The notes beneath the pieces are model-generated. The model made no database searches. It was not told the origin of the DNA and saw only the letters and a program-made list of their open reading frames with translations. From a virus (taxonomy: Duplodnaviria; Caudoviricetes), in the IMG/VR virus record IMGVR_UViG_3300043466_000937, positions 1 to 54,983 of that record: 54,983 nucleotides of DNA; one strand, 5' to 3'. A program made the position numbers and the translations under genes. Positions 42,646 to 54,800 of the stretch are shown piece by piece. Numbering within the stretch: the first letter of the stretch is position 1; every line of letters begins with the position of its first letter.

Positions 42646-43053
42646 ATGCTAAAACAACAAAAATCTAGACAAAACGATTACTCAGACTTAGACCTCGACT
42701 TCTTAATGAATCCGACAACGAAAGATGTTGTTATTAAGAGAGGTGAAGATGCTATCAAGAGGTCTATTCGAAATTTGATCTTGACGAACTTCTATGATCG
42801 CCCATTCAGACCATCTATTGGTTCGAATGTTCAAAAACTCTTGTTCGATGAGATAGCAGATCCTCTTGTAAAAAATCTTTTGGAAACTGCAATAAACGAG
42901 ACAATCTACAAATTTGAACCAAGAGTAAATCTTCAATTTGTTGAAGTAATACCTGATCTTGATGCAAACGGACTGACAGTAAGACTTCAATATACAATAT
43001 TGAATAGAGAAGAACCTGTAATAACATCACTATTCCTAGAGAGAATTCGATAA
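42646..43053 (+). CDS. gp25: baseplate wedge subunit gp25
   Basis: YSDLDLDF, AIKRSIRNLILTN..DRPF, FEPRV. Confidence 0.93.
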   Translation: MLKQQKSRQNDYSDLDLDFLMNPTTKDVVIKRGEDAIKRSIRNLILTNFYDRPFRPSIGSNVQKLLFDEIADPLVKNLLETAINETIYKFEPRVNLQFVEVIPDLDANGLTVRLQYTILNREEPVITSLFLERIR

Positions 43054-45126
43054 ATGTCATTGGCAAATACAGCACTTAGAATTACTGAACTTGATTTCTT
43101 ATCAATCAAAGAAAACATTAAGACATATCTGAGAAATCAAACAGAATTTCAAGACTTTGACTTTGAAGGTTCTGGTATGTCTGTCTTGTTGGACATTCTC
43201 GCATATAATACTCACTACATGGGTTACTATGTCAATATGGTTGGTAATGAGATGTTTCTTGATACCGCTCAGATTAGACAGTCGGTAATCTCTCATGCCA
43301 AGATGATCAATTATTTCCCAACAAGCAAAAGAGCTTCAGAGACAAGAGTGAATATTCTTGTTACTCCAAGTGTCAATGAAGATCAAGACCAAACAATTTT
43401 GACAATGAACAAGTATACCAGGTTCTTAGGTAGAGACATAGATGGTATAAATTATCAGTTTGTATTAAATGACACATACTCAACAAGCAAATCTAATGGA
43501 GCGTTTTCTTTTGCAAACGTTGCATTGAAGCAAGGTGAAGTCGTAACAAGACAGTTTGTTATGGATTCAAACAATGTAAAAAGACGTTTTGATATACCGT
43601 CTGCAAATATTGATACTGAAACAATATCTGTTATCACTCAGGAATCAGATATCGATATTACATCTACAACATACGTTCCATATGATAACATACTTGATAT
43701 TAGTGCAAATACACCAGCATACTTTATAGAAGAAAACGAAAACAATAATTATTCTATCTACTTTGGTGATAATGTCATTGGTAAAAGACCAAGAGATGGT
43801 AATATAATAACCATTACATATCTGGATGTCATGGGTTCTTTGACAAACAAGATAAACAACTTCTCAATTGTTCAGGCAGCAGGTGGACTATACAACGATA
43901 ATATTGCAATTACTTCACTTGCACCATCATACTCTGGTGCTGAAAAAGAAACAATTGAAGACATAAGATATAGAGCACCATATAGCTATTCTACACAGAA
44001 TAGAGCGGTGACCATATCAGACTATGAAACTCTAATTCTTAAAGACTATAAGAACATAGATGCTGTCAAGACATGGGGCGGAGAAGATAATGATCCTCCA
44101 GTATACGGAAAAGTATTCTTGTCTCTAAAGACAAAAGAAAATTACTTCTTAACAAATCTTGAAAAAGAATCAATCAAGGACTCTCTGATTCGAAATAGAA
44201 ACGTACTCACTGTTATTCCAGAAATTGTTGATCCTGATTACTCTTATATCATTATCAGAGGTGATGTGTACTATGATGCATCACTAACATCACTATCAAC
44301 AGAACAAATAAGACAGTTTGCTAGAGCATCTATTATTGACTATAAAAACAATGAGTTAACAGGATTTAATTCTGTCTTCAGAAAAGAAAACTTACAAGAC
44401 TACATTAGACAGTCTGAGAAATCAATTACATCTTCAGACATCAAAATCTCTCTACAGAAAAGAATTGAGCTTTCTGTTGGAGAAGTAAAAAAGTATGCCA
44501 TCAACAGTAATTTCCCTATCAAGAAGGGAGATTATACACATGAAATCACATCATTTCCAGAAATCAAAGTTTATGACTCATCAAATATTCAAAGAAATGT
44601 CAAGTTTGAAGAAGTGCCAGCAGCGTTCACTGGTATTGAGTCAATCGAAATTGTAAATCCTGGTATCAACTATACATCAACACCTACGATTAGCATAGTT
44701 GGTGATGGTACTGGTGCTACTGCAACTGCAAGAGTTTCTGGTGGTCGTATTGTAGAGATCACTGTCACAAACAAAGGCATAAACTATACCAGAGCAACAG
44801 TATCAATATCAGGTGTAGGATCAGAAGCTTCTGCTATAACTAAACTTCAATCTAAATTTGGTGAACTTCGATCATTCTATCTTAAATCAAATGGTGAAAA
44901 AGTCATTGTCAATGCAAAAGCAGGAACAATCAACTATGAAGATGGTATAATAGAATTAAATCCACTATTGACGAATGGTGCTGTGTTAAACGACTTCTAT
45001 GATACAAACATTCTAACTTTTGAACTACCTATTGAAAAAGAAATTATCTTCCCTTTGAGAAATCGTATTGTCGATATTGATGAAAATGATGCCAGAGCAA
45101 TTCAATTAACCGTTATACCAGAGTAA
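43054..45126 (+). CDS. gp6: baseplate wedge subunit gp6
   Basis: LDF..IK......L..Q.EF.DFDFEGSG, LAYNTHY, QNRAVT..DY, WGGEDN.PP.YGKVF. Confidence 0.95.
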   Translation: MSLANTALRITELDFLSIKENIKTYLRNQTEFQDFDFEGSGMSVLLDILAYNTHYMGYYVNMVGNEMFLDTAQIRQSVISHAKMINYFPTSKRASETRVNILVTPSVNEDQDQTILTMNKYTRFLGRDIDGINYQFVLNDTYSTSKSNGAFSFANVALKQGEVVTRQFVMDSNNVKRRFDIPSANIDTETISVITQESDIDITSTTYVPYDNILDISANTPAYFIEENENNNYSIYFGDNVIGKRPRDGNIITITYLDVMGSLTNKINNFSIVQAAGGLYNDNIAITSLAPSYSGAEKETIEDIRYRAPYSYSTQNRAVTISDYETLILKDYKNIDAVKTWGGEDNDPPVYGKVFLSLKTKENYFLTNLEKESIKDSLIRNRNVLTVIPEIVDPDYSYIIIRGDVYYDASLTSLSTEQIRQFARASIIDYKNNELTGFNSVFRKENLQDYIRQSEKSITSSDIKISLQKRIELSVGEVKKYAINSNFPIKKGDYTHEITSFPEIKVYDSSNIQRNVKFEEVPAAFTGIESIEIVNPGINYTSTPTISIVGDGTGATATARVSGGRIVEITVTNKGINYTRATVSISGVGSEASAITKLQSKFGELRSFYLKSNGEKVIVNAKAGTINYEDGIIELNPLLTNGAVLNDFYDTNILTFELPIEKEIIFPLRNRIVDIDENDARAIQLTVIPE

Positions 45127-45129
45127 TAA

Positions 45130-47448
45130 ATGGCAAACACTACTAACAGCAAAATATCAAATCTGGTAGCATCTCAAGTTCCTTTCTTTGTTAGGAACGA
45201 TCACGATACCTTTGTCAAGTTTATGGAAGCATATTACGAGTACACAGAGCAAAGTGGTAAAGTTGTTGAACGTGCAAAAAATTTACCAGCATATTCGGAC
45301 ATTGATAGAACAGTAGATGAATTTACAGAGTATTTCTATAAGACATATCTTGCCAAGATACCAAGAAACATCATGGCAGACAAGTCTCTTGTTCTTAAGC
45401 ATATCAAAGATTTCTATACTGCACGAGGCACAGAGAAATCTATTCAGTTTCTCATAAGAATACTGCTAGGCGATGAGAATGTAGAATTTTACTATCCAAA
45501 AAGAGATGTTCTGAAAGCATCTGATGGTAAATGGTTTGTTGAAAAATCACTTAAAATTGAAGACGTTCATGTAAATGGTGTACCAAATACTAGTGTAAAC
45601 GTCATACAGAATTTCAAGAATAGAAAAATAAGTGGTAACACATCTAATGCATATGCTATTGTAGAACGTGCTGAAGTCTACTACGAAGGTGATGTTCTTA
45701 TCTATGAACTGAAGATTTCTAATCAGTATAAGACATTTAGAGCAGGTGAGACAATTTACACTCTGTTCGATGAGAATGGCACAACAAAAAGTCTTACTGC
45801 AAATCTATTTAAAGGTTTTATCAATACTGTAGAAGTGACATCACCAGGTACAGGATACAAAATTGGTGATATAGTATCGATTGAGAGTTTGACAGGTACC
45901 GGTGGTAATATCATTGTATCAAGCGTTACATCTGGTAATATCGTATCTCTTGGTATTATTAACGGCGGTGCTGGATTTAAAATAGGTGATACTTTTCTGA
46001 TTACTGGTGGTGGCGGTTCTGGTGCAGGTGGTTTTACTACTGCTGTTCTTACAGATAACTCAGTTCATCCAAACTCATACTCAGTGCCAATTTCAACAAT
46101 TGCTCTTGAAGCTAATACACCGATAGGAAATACTTTCTATTCTAATCTGAGTTCATCAAACGCAAATACAACTCTCGCTAATGCAACATCATATTTCACA
46201 TACAGTAACACTGGTCCAATAAGTGCTACAACAGTATCATTTCAAGGTAGTGGATATCTAGGTCTACCAACAATAACTGCGGTATCTAATACAGTTATAA
46301 GAAATCTTGGTATTCTAGGTCGTATGGAAATCGTTAATGGTGGTTTGAACTACGCAAACGGAGATATCATTACGTTTACTAATGTCATTGGTGGGTATGG
46401 AACAGGAGCATCAGCAAATGTTAAGTCTGTTGATGCAAACGGTAAGATTGCAGCGGTACAGTTTGTACAAGTTCCAGGTCAGATAATAGGTGGCTCAGGA
46501 TATTCACAAAGTCATTTACCAATAGCTAATGTTGTAAGTGGAACTGGTAATGGTGCAAGCATTATTGTAAGTGCTGTACTTGGCGATGGTGAAAATATTC
46601 AAGCTGGTACGACAAGTGTTGGTAGTATCATAAGACTTTTAATTGTTTCTCGCGGTACAAATTATGATGTTGATACCACACTCAATCTCTCAAGTATTGG
46701 TGACGGTACAGCAAAAGCTACTGCATCAATCGTTACTGGATCATTTACATATCCTGGAAGATATCTGAATGATGATGGTCATCTATCTGGCTATAATTTC
46801 TTAGAAGATAGAGACTATTATCAAAGCTTCTCTTATGTTGTCAAAGCAAGACATTCTATTGAGAAGTATAGAAAAGCATTGAAAGATTTGATTCACCCTG
46901 CTGGTATGAGATTATTTGGTGAATATCTATTTGTTGATCCTATGGTTAATGTCTCTTTCAATACAACTAATGGACAATATGCAAATACAACATATACTGG
47001 CACATATACATCAACATCAAACGCAAACGGAACTCTTGTTCTTGTTTACAGCCCAAATATTGATGTTTCAGCATTATCTAATGTGTATATCGAAATAATG
47101 AGTGGTGATACTGACAATCTCTCAAGTGGTAAATTCTCAGTAAATACAATAAACTCATCGGCGTTTACAATATACTATGCAAATACTATGTCAGGTACAG
47201 TATCAGCAAATGCAGGAGTTGGTAATACAAGAATTCTTACAGGTTCAAGCACACCATTTGGTAGATTTAATCTTGGTGATAGAATACGTATTTCTGGACA
47301 CTCAAACACATTCTATGTTGGTGCAGTTAAAAATGCAACAAGTCTGACAGTAACAACAAGATTACCAAAGAACATAACAGGAAATACATTCTACAGAGTT
47401 CAAACTAGAGCCAATAGTAATGGTAATATATTGTTTACTAGCATATAA
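45130..47448 (+). CDS. gp7: baseplate wedge initiator gp7-like
   Basis: FVKFMEAYYEY, IKDFY.ARGTEKS, SDGKW, D.DYYQ.FSYV, HPAG. Confidence 0.82.
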   Translation: MANTTNSKISNLVASQVPFFVRNDHDTFVKFMEAYYEYTEQSGKVVERAKNLPAYSDIDRTVDEFTEYFYKTYLAKIPRNIMADKSLVLKHIKDFYTARGTEKSIQFLIRILLGDENVEFYYPKRDVLKASDGKWFVEKSLKIEDVHVNGVPNTSVNVIQNFKNRKISGNTSNAYAIVERAEVYYEGDVLIYELKISNQYKTFRAGETIYTLFDENGTTKSLTANLFKGFINTVEVTSPGTGYKIGDIVSIESLTGTGGNIIVSSVTSGNIVSLGIINGGAGFKIGDTFLITGGGGSGAGGFTTAVLTDNSVHPNSYSVPISTIALEANTPIGNTFYSNLSSSNANTTLANATSYFTYSNTGPISATTVSFQGSGYLGLPTITAVSNTVIRNLGILGRMEIVNGGLNYANGDIITFTNVIGGYGTGASANVKSVDANGKIAAVQFVQVPGQIIGGSGYSQSHLPIANVVSGTGNGASIIVSAVLGDGENIQAGTTSVGSIIRLLIVSRGTNYDVDTTLNLSSIGDGTAKATASIVTGSFTYPGRYLNDDGHLSGYNFLEDRDYYQSFSYVVKARHSIEKYRKALKDLIHPAGMRLFGEYLFVDPMVNVSFNTTNGQYANTTYTGTYTSTSNANGTLVLVYSPNIDVSALSNVYIEIMSGDTDNLSSGKFSVNTINSSAFTIYYANTMSGTVSANAGVGNTRILTGSSTPFGRFNLGDRIRISGHSNTFYVGAVKNATSLTVTTRLPKNITGNTFYRVQTRANSNGNILFTSI

Positions 47449-47451
47449 ATA
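47444..47451 (+). promoter_or_regulatory. T4-type late promoter
   Basis: TATAAATA before gp8. Confidence 0.65.
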
Positions 47452-47478
47452 GAGTAATGAAATTAGGATAAAGCAATA

Positions 47479-48810
47479 ATGTCTTCAGTGTTTTCTGAAA
47501 ATCTTCGAATATACAATGCTGAACAATTCAAGCAGTCAATATCTGAACTAGGTCCAACAAGCATATATCTAACAATAGGTAAAGTTAGACCTTGGGATAA
47601 TGACGCTGAGCCACCACAAGCAGACTCAGGAGTTGGTACATTTAATGAAGTTTGGCAGCAAATGATAGCCGCCAAGCTCATAGTTGGTAGTGATGTAAGA
47701 CATGCTATTCGTAGAATAAATTGGACTTCAGATACGGTTTATGATGCATATGATCATTGCACATGTACTCTATTACTGTTCAATGATGATGTAGAGTTTT
47801 TTGTTTTGACCACTGATTGGAATATCTATAAGTGTTTGTATAACAACAATGGTGGACAATCAACTGTTATGCCAACACAAACAATCGTTGATGCTGCCGT
47901 AGAAGAACAAGATGGTTACATATGGAAATATATGTATACTTTGACTGCCGAAGAAAGAATTCGCTTCATGACGGACTCTTATATTCCTGTCAGAACTCTT
48001 CTTGCAGATAATAACTCACTTCAGTGGCAAGTTCAAGAATCCGCTACACCAGGTTCAATTGATATCATCAAGGTGGTTGATGGCGGCTCAAATTATTCTA
48101 ATGCAAGCACTATTACTGTGACAATTGCAGGAGATGGAGTTGGCGCTACAGCAAGAGCCAAAATCAATTCTTCGTCAAATACGGTCAGTAGTATAACTAT
48201 GATCAATCGAGGTTTAAATTATACATATGCTACAATCTCTATAACCGATAGCGGCACTGGTTCAGGTGCTACCGCTAATGCAGTTATAAGTCCACCTGGC
48301 GGTCATGGATCAGATCCAATGAGAGAACTTGGTGGTTCATATTTGATGTTAAATCCTAGAATAAAATCGTCAGAAGATGGAAAAATATCAATAAATAATG
48401 AATACAGACAAATAGCATTGATACAAGACCCTGTTGTTGTTGGCACTGGCAATATCGCTTCAAATACTGTTTACACGCAAGTTGCGAAGCTGACAATGAG
48501 TCCAAGTGGATCAGAATTCATTGAAGATGAATATGTGTATCAGGGAGAATCTCTGTTGAGTTCTACATTCAAAGGTCTTGTTGTCGATTGGAACAGTGGA
48601 AATAATATTTTACAGTTGACCGATACAACTGGTATCATAACTTCTGTAATTCTCAATGGTGCTACTAGTGGTGCATCAAGATTTGTGGAATCTGTTACTG
48701 AAAAAGAATTAAGACCTTACAGCGGAAATCTTCTCTATGTTGATAACATTGTGCCCATCGAAAGAGCAATAGATCAGACAGAAGATTACAAGATATTATT
48801 GAAATTTTAA
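47479..48810 (+). CDS. gp8: baseplate wedge subunit gp8
   Basis: YL.IG...PW, YKCLYN, DGYIWKYMY, PPGGHG.DP..ELG, YRQI.L..DP, SG.LLY.DN. Confidence 0.9.
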   Translation: MSSVFSENLRIYNAEQFKQSISELGPTSIYLTIGKVRPWDNDAEPPQADSGVGTFNEVWQQMIAAKLIVGSDVRHAIRRINWTSDTVYDAYDHCTCTLLLFNDDVEFFVLTTDWNIYKCLYNNNGGQSTVMPTQTIVDAAVEEQDGYIWKYMYTLTAEERIRFMTDSYIPVRTLLADNNSLQWQVQESATPGSIDIIKVVDGGSNYSNASTITVTIAGDGVGATARAKINSSSNTVSSITMINRGLNYTYATISITDSGTGSGATANAVISPPGGHGSDPMRELGGSYLMLNPRIKSSEDGKISINNEYRQIALIQDPVVVGTGNIASNTVYTQVAKLTMSPSGSEFIEDEYVYQGESLLSSTFKGLVVDWNSGNNILQLTDTTGIITSVILNGATSGASRFVESVTEKELRPYSGNLLYVDNIVPIERAIDQTEDYKILLKF

Positions 48811-48825
48811 GAGGAAGAATAAAAG

Positions 48826-51800
48826 ATGGCAAATACAGCCAATGGTAAGCTAACTACTGATTTTAACGTATTTCCTTATTATGATGACTATAATGAGGAT
48901 AAGAAATACTATCGTATTCTCTATAAGCCAGGTTATGCTGTTCAAGCTCGTGAACTTACTCAGATGCAGACAATGCTTCAGAAGCAGATTGATCGCTTTG
49001 GTAAACACGTGTTTAGAGAAGGTTCTATCGTTCTTCCAGGTAAATTCAATATTGAAACGGACGTTCCTTATGTAAAAGTGCGTGATGTCAATGATGCAAA
49101 TGCCACAATCGATATTGCAGACTACAAGAAACTTGTTGTTACAAGTGACAATAGCGGTATAGAAGCATTCATCGAAGATGTTATCGACGGCACTGAAACA
49201 AGTGCAAATGCAAAGACTATATTTGTATCTTATAGAAGTTCTGGTACATCAAATGCAGACATCGTTACTTTTCAAACAGGCGATACACTTACTACAAATA
49301 TAGGTAAGTTGCTTGTTGTAAACTCTGTACCTCCAGGTGCAAATGCTGTGACAGGTAAAGGCACAAGATTTGTCATTGAACAAGGCGTGTTATTTGCAAA
49401 AGAACATTTCATTTACTTCCCAACATCTTCTATTGTTCTTTCTCCATATTCACAAAATTACTCAGGCACTGTTGGTTTTACTATCACAGAAAAGATTGTA
49501 TCTGCATCTCAAGACTCAAGTCTTCTTGATCCGGCATTGGAATCTTCAAACTACTCAGCACCCGGTGCTGACAGACTACAGTTAGACATCTCTCTTCAAT
49601 CATATGGTCCTGATGAAACAATTGATAATCCAGATTTTATTCAGTTGTTCTCTATTCGTGATGGTATTGTTACAGAAATCTATGATAGACCTTTATACAA
49701 TATTCTTCGTGATGAAATGGCAAAACAAAAGTATGATGAGTCTGGTGACTATTACGTTCATGGTCTAGGTGTTCGTCTACGTGAAAATCTAAACATAGCA
49801 AACAATGGTGGCCTTCTCTCTACAGGTAATAATGAGTTGTTGTCAGTGGGTGTTGAACCAGGTATTGGTTATGTTAAAGGTTATGAAGTAAACAAACTCG
49901 TTACTGAATATGTAACCCTTGAAAAAGGATTGACACATACAACCGTAAGCACTCAGATTTCAAGCGCATCAATGGGCAGCTATGTTACATTGAATGAGTT
50001 TATTGGATCTCTTGATCATGATAAAGGTCAACAAGTTGCACTATATGATACAGCAAACAAGAGATTAACAAACAAGTTATATACTGGTGCACCAACAGGC
50101 AACTCTATTGGTACAGCCAGAATGATGGCATATGAGTATAATTCTGGTACTTTAGGTACTCCTTCAGGAACAGTTGATTTCTATCTTACAGATTTGCGTA
50201 TGAATGGTACAAATGCTTTTGCTAACGTAAGAAGCATATATGCACCTACAACTGGACTTGGTGGTGATATCGTATTAAACGTAAACGAAACAGAAACTAT
50301 CTTAAGAGATTCGACAACATCAGCATTGTTGTATCCTGTTGGTTCTTATGCTGTAAAAAACTTGAGAGATTCTTCCGGTAATCCAAGAACAACATTCAAT
50401 TTCAAGAGAACATCTGCGGTATCACCTATTACTACATCTGGTACAGTTACTCTTACTCTTGGCACAACGGGCATCGGTGAAACTCTTCCATATGGTACAG
50501 ATTCCGATTTATCTGATAGTGACAAGAGAGAGATTATATTTACACTTGACAATAATTCAAACATTGCAGGACCAGGTACTGTAAGTATCTCATCAGGCAC
50601 CAATATTCTAAATGGTACAAGCACACAGTTCTTAAAATATAATGTTGGTGATAAGATTGAAATTCAAGGCATTGCTAACACTTATTACATTTCTACTATC
50701 GTAAGTGATACTTCACTCACATTAACGGAAAATGTTGTGTCTTCTGGTGTAACAGGAAACACATATAGCAAAGTCTACAAAGCAGGTGATATAATTGATC
50801 TGACAACAAAAGGTAACACTGGATTGAAGAGAGTTGTTTCTACAACATCAAGTCAGTTATCGTTTGATTTGAAAGAAATATATCCAGCAAGTATGTCAGG
50901 TAAAGTTACATATCAAGTTGTTCGTACTAATACTGCTGGAGTTACAAAAAATCTTTCACAAGAGAGATATGTCAAGATTAATTGTTCTACAGCAGGTACA
51001 GTTGGACCATTTAATCTTGGTTTTGCTGACGTTTATCGTATAAGAAAAATTGTTAGAAAATCTGGTAGCTATCCAACAAGTCTTTCAGACGGTACAGATG
51101 TGACATCATTGTTTACATTTGATAACGGTCAGAGAGACATGTACTATGAACACGGCAGTATCAAACCTAACTTTGCATTAAGTTCAAGTGACAGACTACT
51201 TGTTCAACTAGACTATTTTATTCCAACATCATCACCAGGATTTGGATACTTCTCTGTTGAATCTTACCCTATCGATGATGATAATTCACCTGCTGCAAGA
51301 ACGATAAGAACAGAAAACATTCCGATTTACAAGTCACCAACAACAGGTACAACATATGATCTGAGAAACTACATTGATTTCAGACAGGTCAAAACAAGTA
51401 CTGCGAATGATCCTGGTGCATCGACAACCATGGTTATAGCAGATGCGACAGAAAATCCTTCTGTATCATCTTCATTCATTTCTGATACAAATGGATTCAG
51501 ATTGCCTGTTCCTTCTTCACAGTTCAATTATGATTTCTCATATTATCTACCAAGAAGAGACGTTGTAGTAATAGATAAGAACGGTGTCATATCTGTCGTA
51601 AAGGGTGTACCAGCATCTTCACCTATTTCACCAGATATTCCTGCAAACTCAATGTCTCTGGCAAATCTTTACGTTGCACCATATCCTTCTCTTGCTCCAA
51701 ATTATGGACAAGCAATCCGCAGAAGAGACTTATCATGTAATGCAATAAAGACATCTAATATTCGCTTTACAATGCGTGACATTAACGTACTAAAAGAGAG

Positions 51801-54800
51801 AATTGTAAATCTTGAATACTACACAAGCTTGAACCTTCTTGAAAAAGCAGTTTCTGATCTCAAGATCAGAGATGAAAATGGACTTGAGAGATTTAAGAGT
51901 GGTATTTTTGTAGACACATTCAGTGATCACAACAATGGTGATATATCAAATCTTGAATATAGAATTGTTGTAGATCCAAAAGAATTGTCAATTCGACCTC
52001 AATACACAATGCACTCTATTGACTATGATCTTGTTGCAAATACCAATGTTGTAAAGACTGGTGATTTGATAACTCTACCATATACTCACGTTACTTTGAT
52101 TGATCAGCCAAGAGTAACAACATTTAGAAATATTGAGCTTTCTACATACCGCTTTATTGGTAATCTATACTTGTATCCAGACACAGATGTTTGGAGTGAT
52201 ACAGACCTTATGCCAGATGAAGTTATCTTTGCTGGTCCAAATCCTAGTTCTGTTCAACAAGGTACAACTACAACATGGAACGCATGGCAGACAACAATTG
52301 TTGGTCAAACTTATGAGAAATCAACGGGCGGCGGTAGTCACGGAGGTACAGGTAATCCAAATGATCCTAAGATTTGGGGTAAACCAACAGCGTTTACAGG
52401 CGATGCTACAAAATATTTAAATTCTGGTGGTCAAATCGTATCATCACTTACAACAGTAAGTGACAGAGATTTTAGAATTACTGAACTATCAAAGTCAACA
52501 AGAACTGGTGTTGAGACAACAACAAAGCTCACAGAAAAGTCTGAGTCAATAAGTTCTAAGCTTATCGATGTTTCATTGAAACCTTACATTCGTGCAAGAA
52601 CAATTCAAGTAAATGGTAAAGGTTTAAAAGCCAACACCAAATACTTCGTGTTCTTTGACGGTGAAAACATGTCAAATACAGGTGTGACTTCATATGTCAG
52701 ACCTCTTACACAAAGCGAATTTAATCTTGAAGCTGCAAACATCGAAAACACTGTTTTAAGATCATATACAAATGCTCTAGGTGCAAATTTGGTATCAAAT
52801 GCAAATGGTGAAATTTGGTTCAACTTGACAATACCTCCTGGTATTTTCAGAATGGGTTCTAGAGAACTTATTGTAACAGATAGTCCAACAAATGCTGTAG
52901 ATGCTTCTAGCTATGCCAAGAAAGAATATGTTGCAGCAGGACTGAGTGAAACAAAACAAAACACAATTCTAACAACTCGTTCTGTTTCTGTTACAACAAA
53001 ACCATTAACAGAAACGAAAGATCAGACAAAAGTTTACTTTGTAAACAACATTTCATGCTCTGGTTATTCATTTATTCCAAAAGCACCTGAAGGTGAAGAA
53101 GGTGTCTTCTTAACTAAACTTGATATGTGGTTTGCTGCAAAGCATCCTACACTTGGTGTATGGGTAGAAGTTCGTGAAATGGACAATGCTGGTGGTGTTA
53201 CACGTAATCAAGTACCGTTCTCTGAAGTATGGTTAACACCTGATGAAATGAATGTTGCTTCTGCCGCAGATGTAAAGAATGGCGCAAACTCTACAACTAT
53301 TACATTCCCAGCACCGGTTTTCTTGTATAACGACACACAGTATGCATTTATCATTCACACTGTTGCTTTGAATCCAGACACATATTTCTGGGTATCAAGA
53401 GTTGGTGAAACAGACGTTAGAACTAACACAAAAGTTAATGCAAGACCATTGACAGGCACATTCTACACAACGAACAATAACCTAAACTGGGATATGGTAC
53501 CAGATATTGACTTGTTCATCAAGTTCTATAGAGCATCTTTCTCTACAGGTGTAACTGGTCAAGTTGTACTTGGTAATAAACCAATTGAAAGAGCAACTCT
53601 TGGTAACTTGAGTTCTGCTATTGTCAAGAATGGTGAAAGATTTATAGGCAACGACAGACTTACATTGACCGGTAATACAACAAACAGAGGTGATGGTAAT
53701 GCACTTGTTGTTGGAGACAGACTTATCGGTCAAAATTCAGGTGCAAATGCAGCAATCATAAGCATCTCTGGTTCAGTCTATGCTCTAGCAAATAATCTTT
53801 ATATTCAAGGCGAAAGAGTATCGCTTGCTAATGCTAATGGAACTTTCTACGCAAACACTTCAGTTGTTACATTAAAGAGAACTGGTCAAGCAATTCTATC
53901 AGATTACAAAGTATTTGATGGTGTAAATCGCACAGAATTTGTAAGATCAAGTGGTGACTTCTATGTTGGTGATACAATCCGTGGAGTGTCAACTGGAATT
54001 ACAGCAACAATCGACGGCATTGCAAATCAAAGATACTCTACAATTGACGTTGAGCCAAGTTATATCAAGTTTAACAAGACAACTGTTGGTTTTGAGGTTA
54101 GAACAACAGCAAATAACACAGCAGTACTTGATAGCTACATCTCAGTAAATGAAAGTCAAAACTATGAGTTTGATAATGAAAAAGTTATTCTTTCAAGATC
54201 ATACGAAAAAGACAGTCTAGGAGGTAGCAGATCAAGCAATCTTAGAATCAGTATGTCAACAACAACAAACTATCTGTCTCCTGTCATTGATCTTGCAAAG
54301 ACACAATCTATTGTTGTTGATAATATTATCAACGCAAACACAAAAGGAGAGAGTGCCGTCAATAAGTTAACACTATCATTGACAACAGCAGCAAACGGAA
54401 CAATCAATGTATCTGACAGACTTGTTGGTCAAAATTCTGGTGCAAATTTGATTGTTGAATCTGTAGACGGAAGCAATTATATCATGTCGGCAAATGGCTT
54501 CTTCAACAATGAACTCGTTATTGCGTATAACAGTGATATGTCTTCGAAGAATACAGGTAATACTGTAAGTGCAACAGTAACAAATCTGTTCAATGTGAGA
54601 AGCGTTGATAGTGGTAAACTCTTCAACAAATATATCTCACAACCAATCATTCTTGCTGAAGGTCAAGATGCTGAAGATATTCGTGTGATCATAACTGCAT
54701 ATAGACCACCTCCAACAGATATCAAGATTTGGTTCAAACCAAGACATAGTGAAGACCCAGATACACTTGAAGTTCTTCCTTGGATTGAACTTGAGAAATC

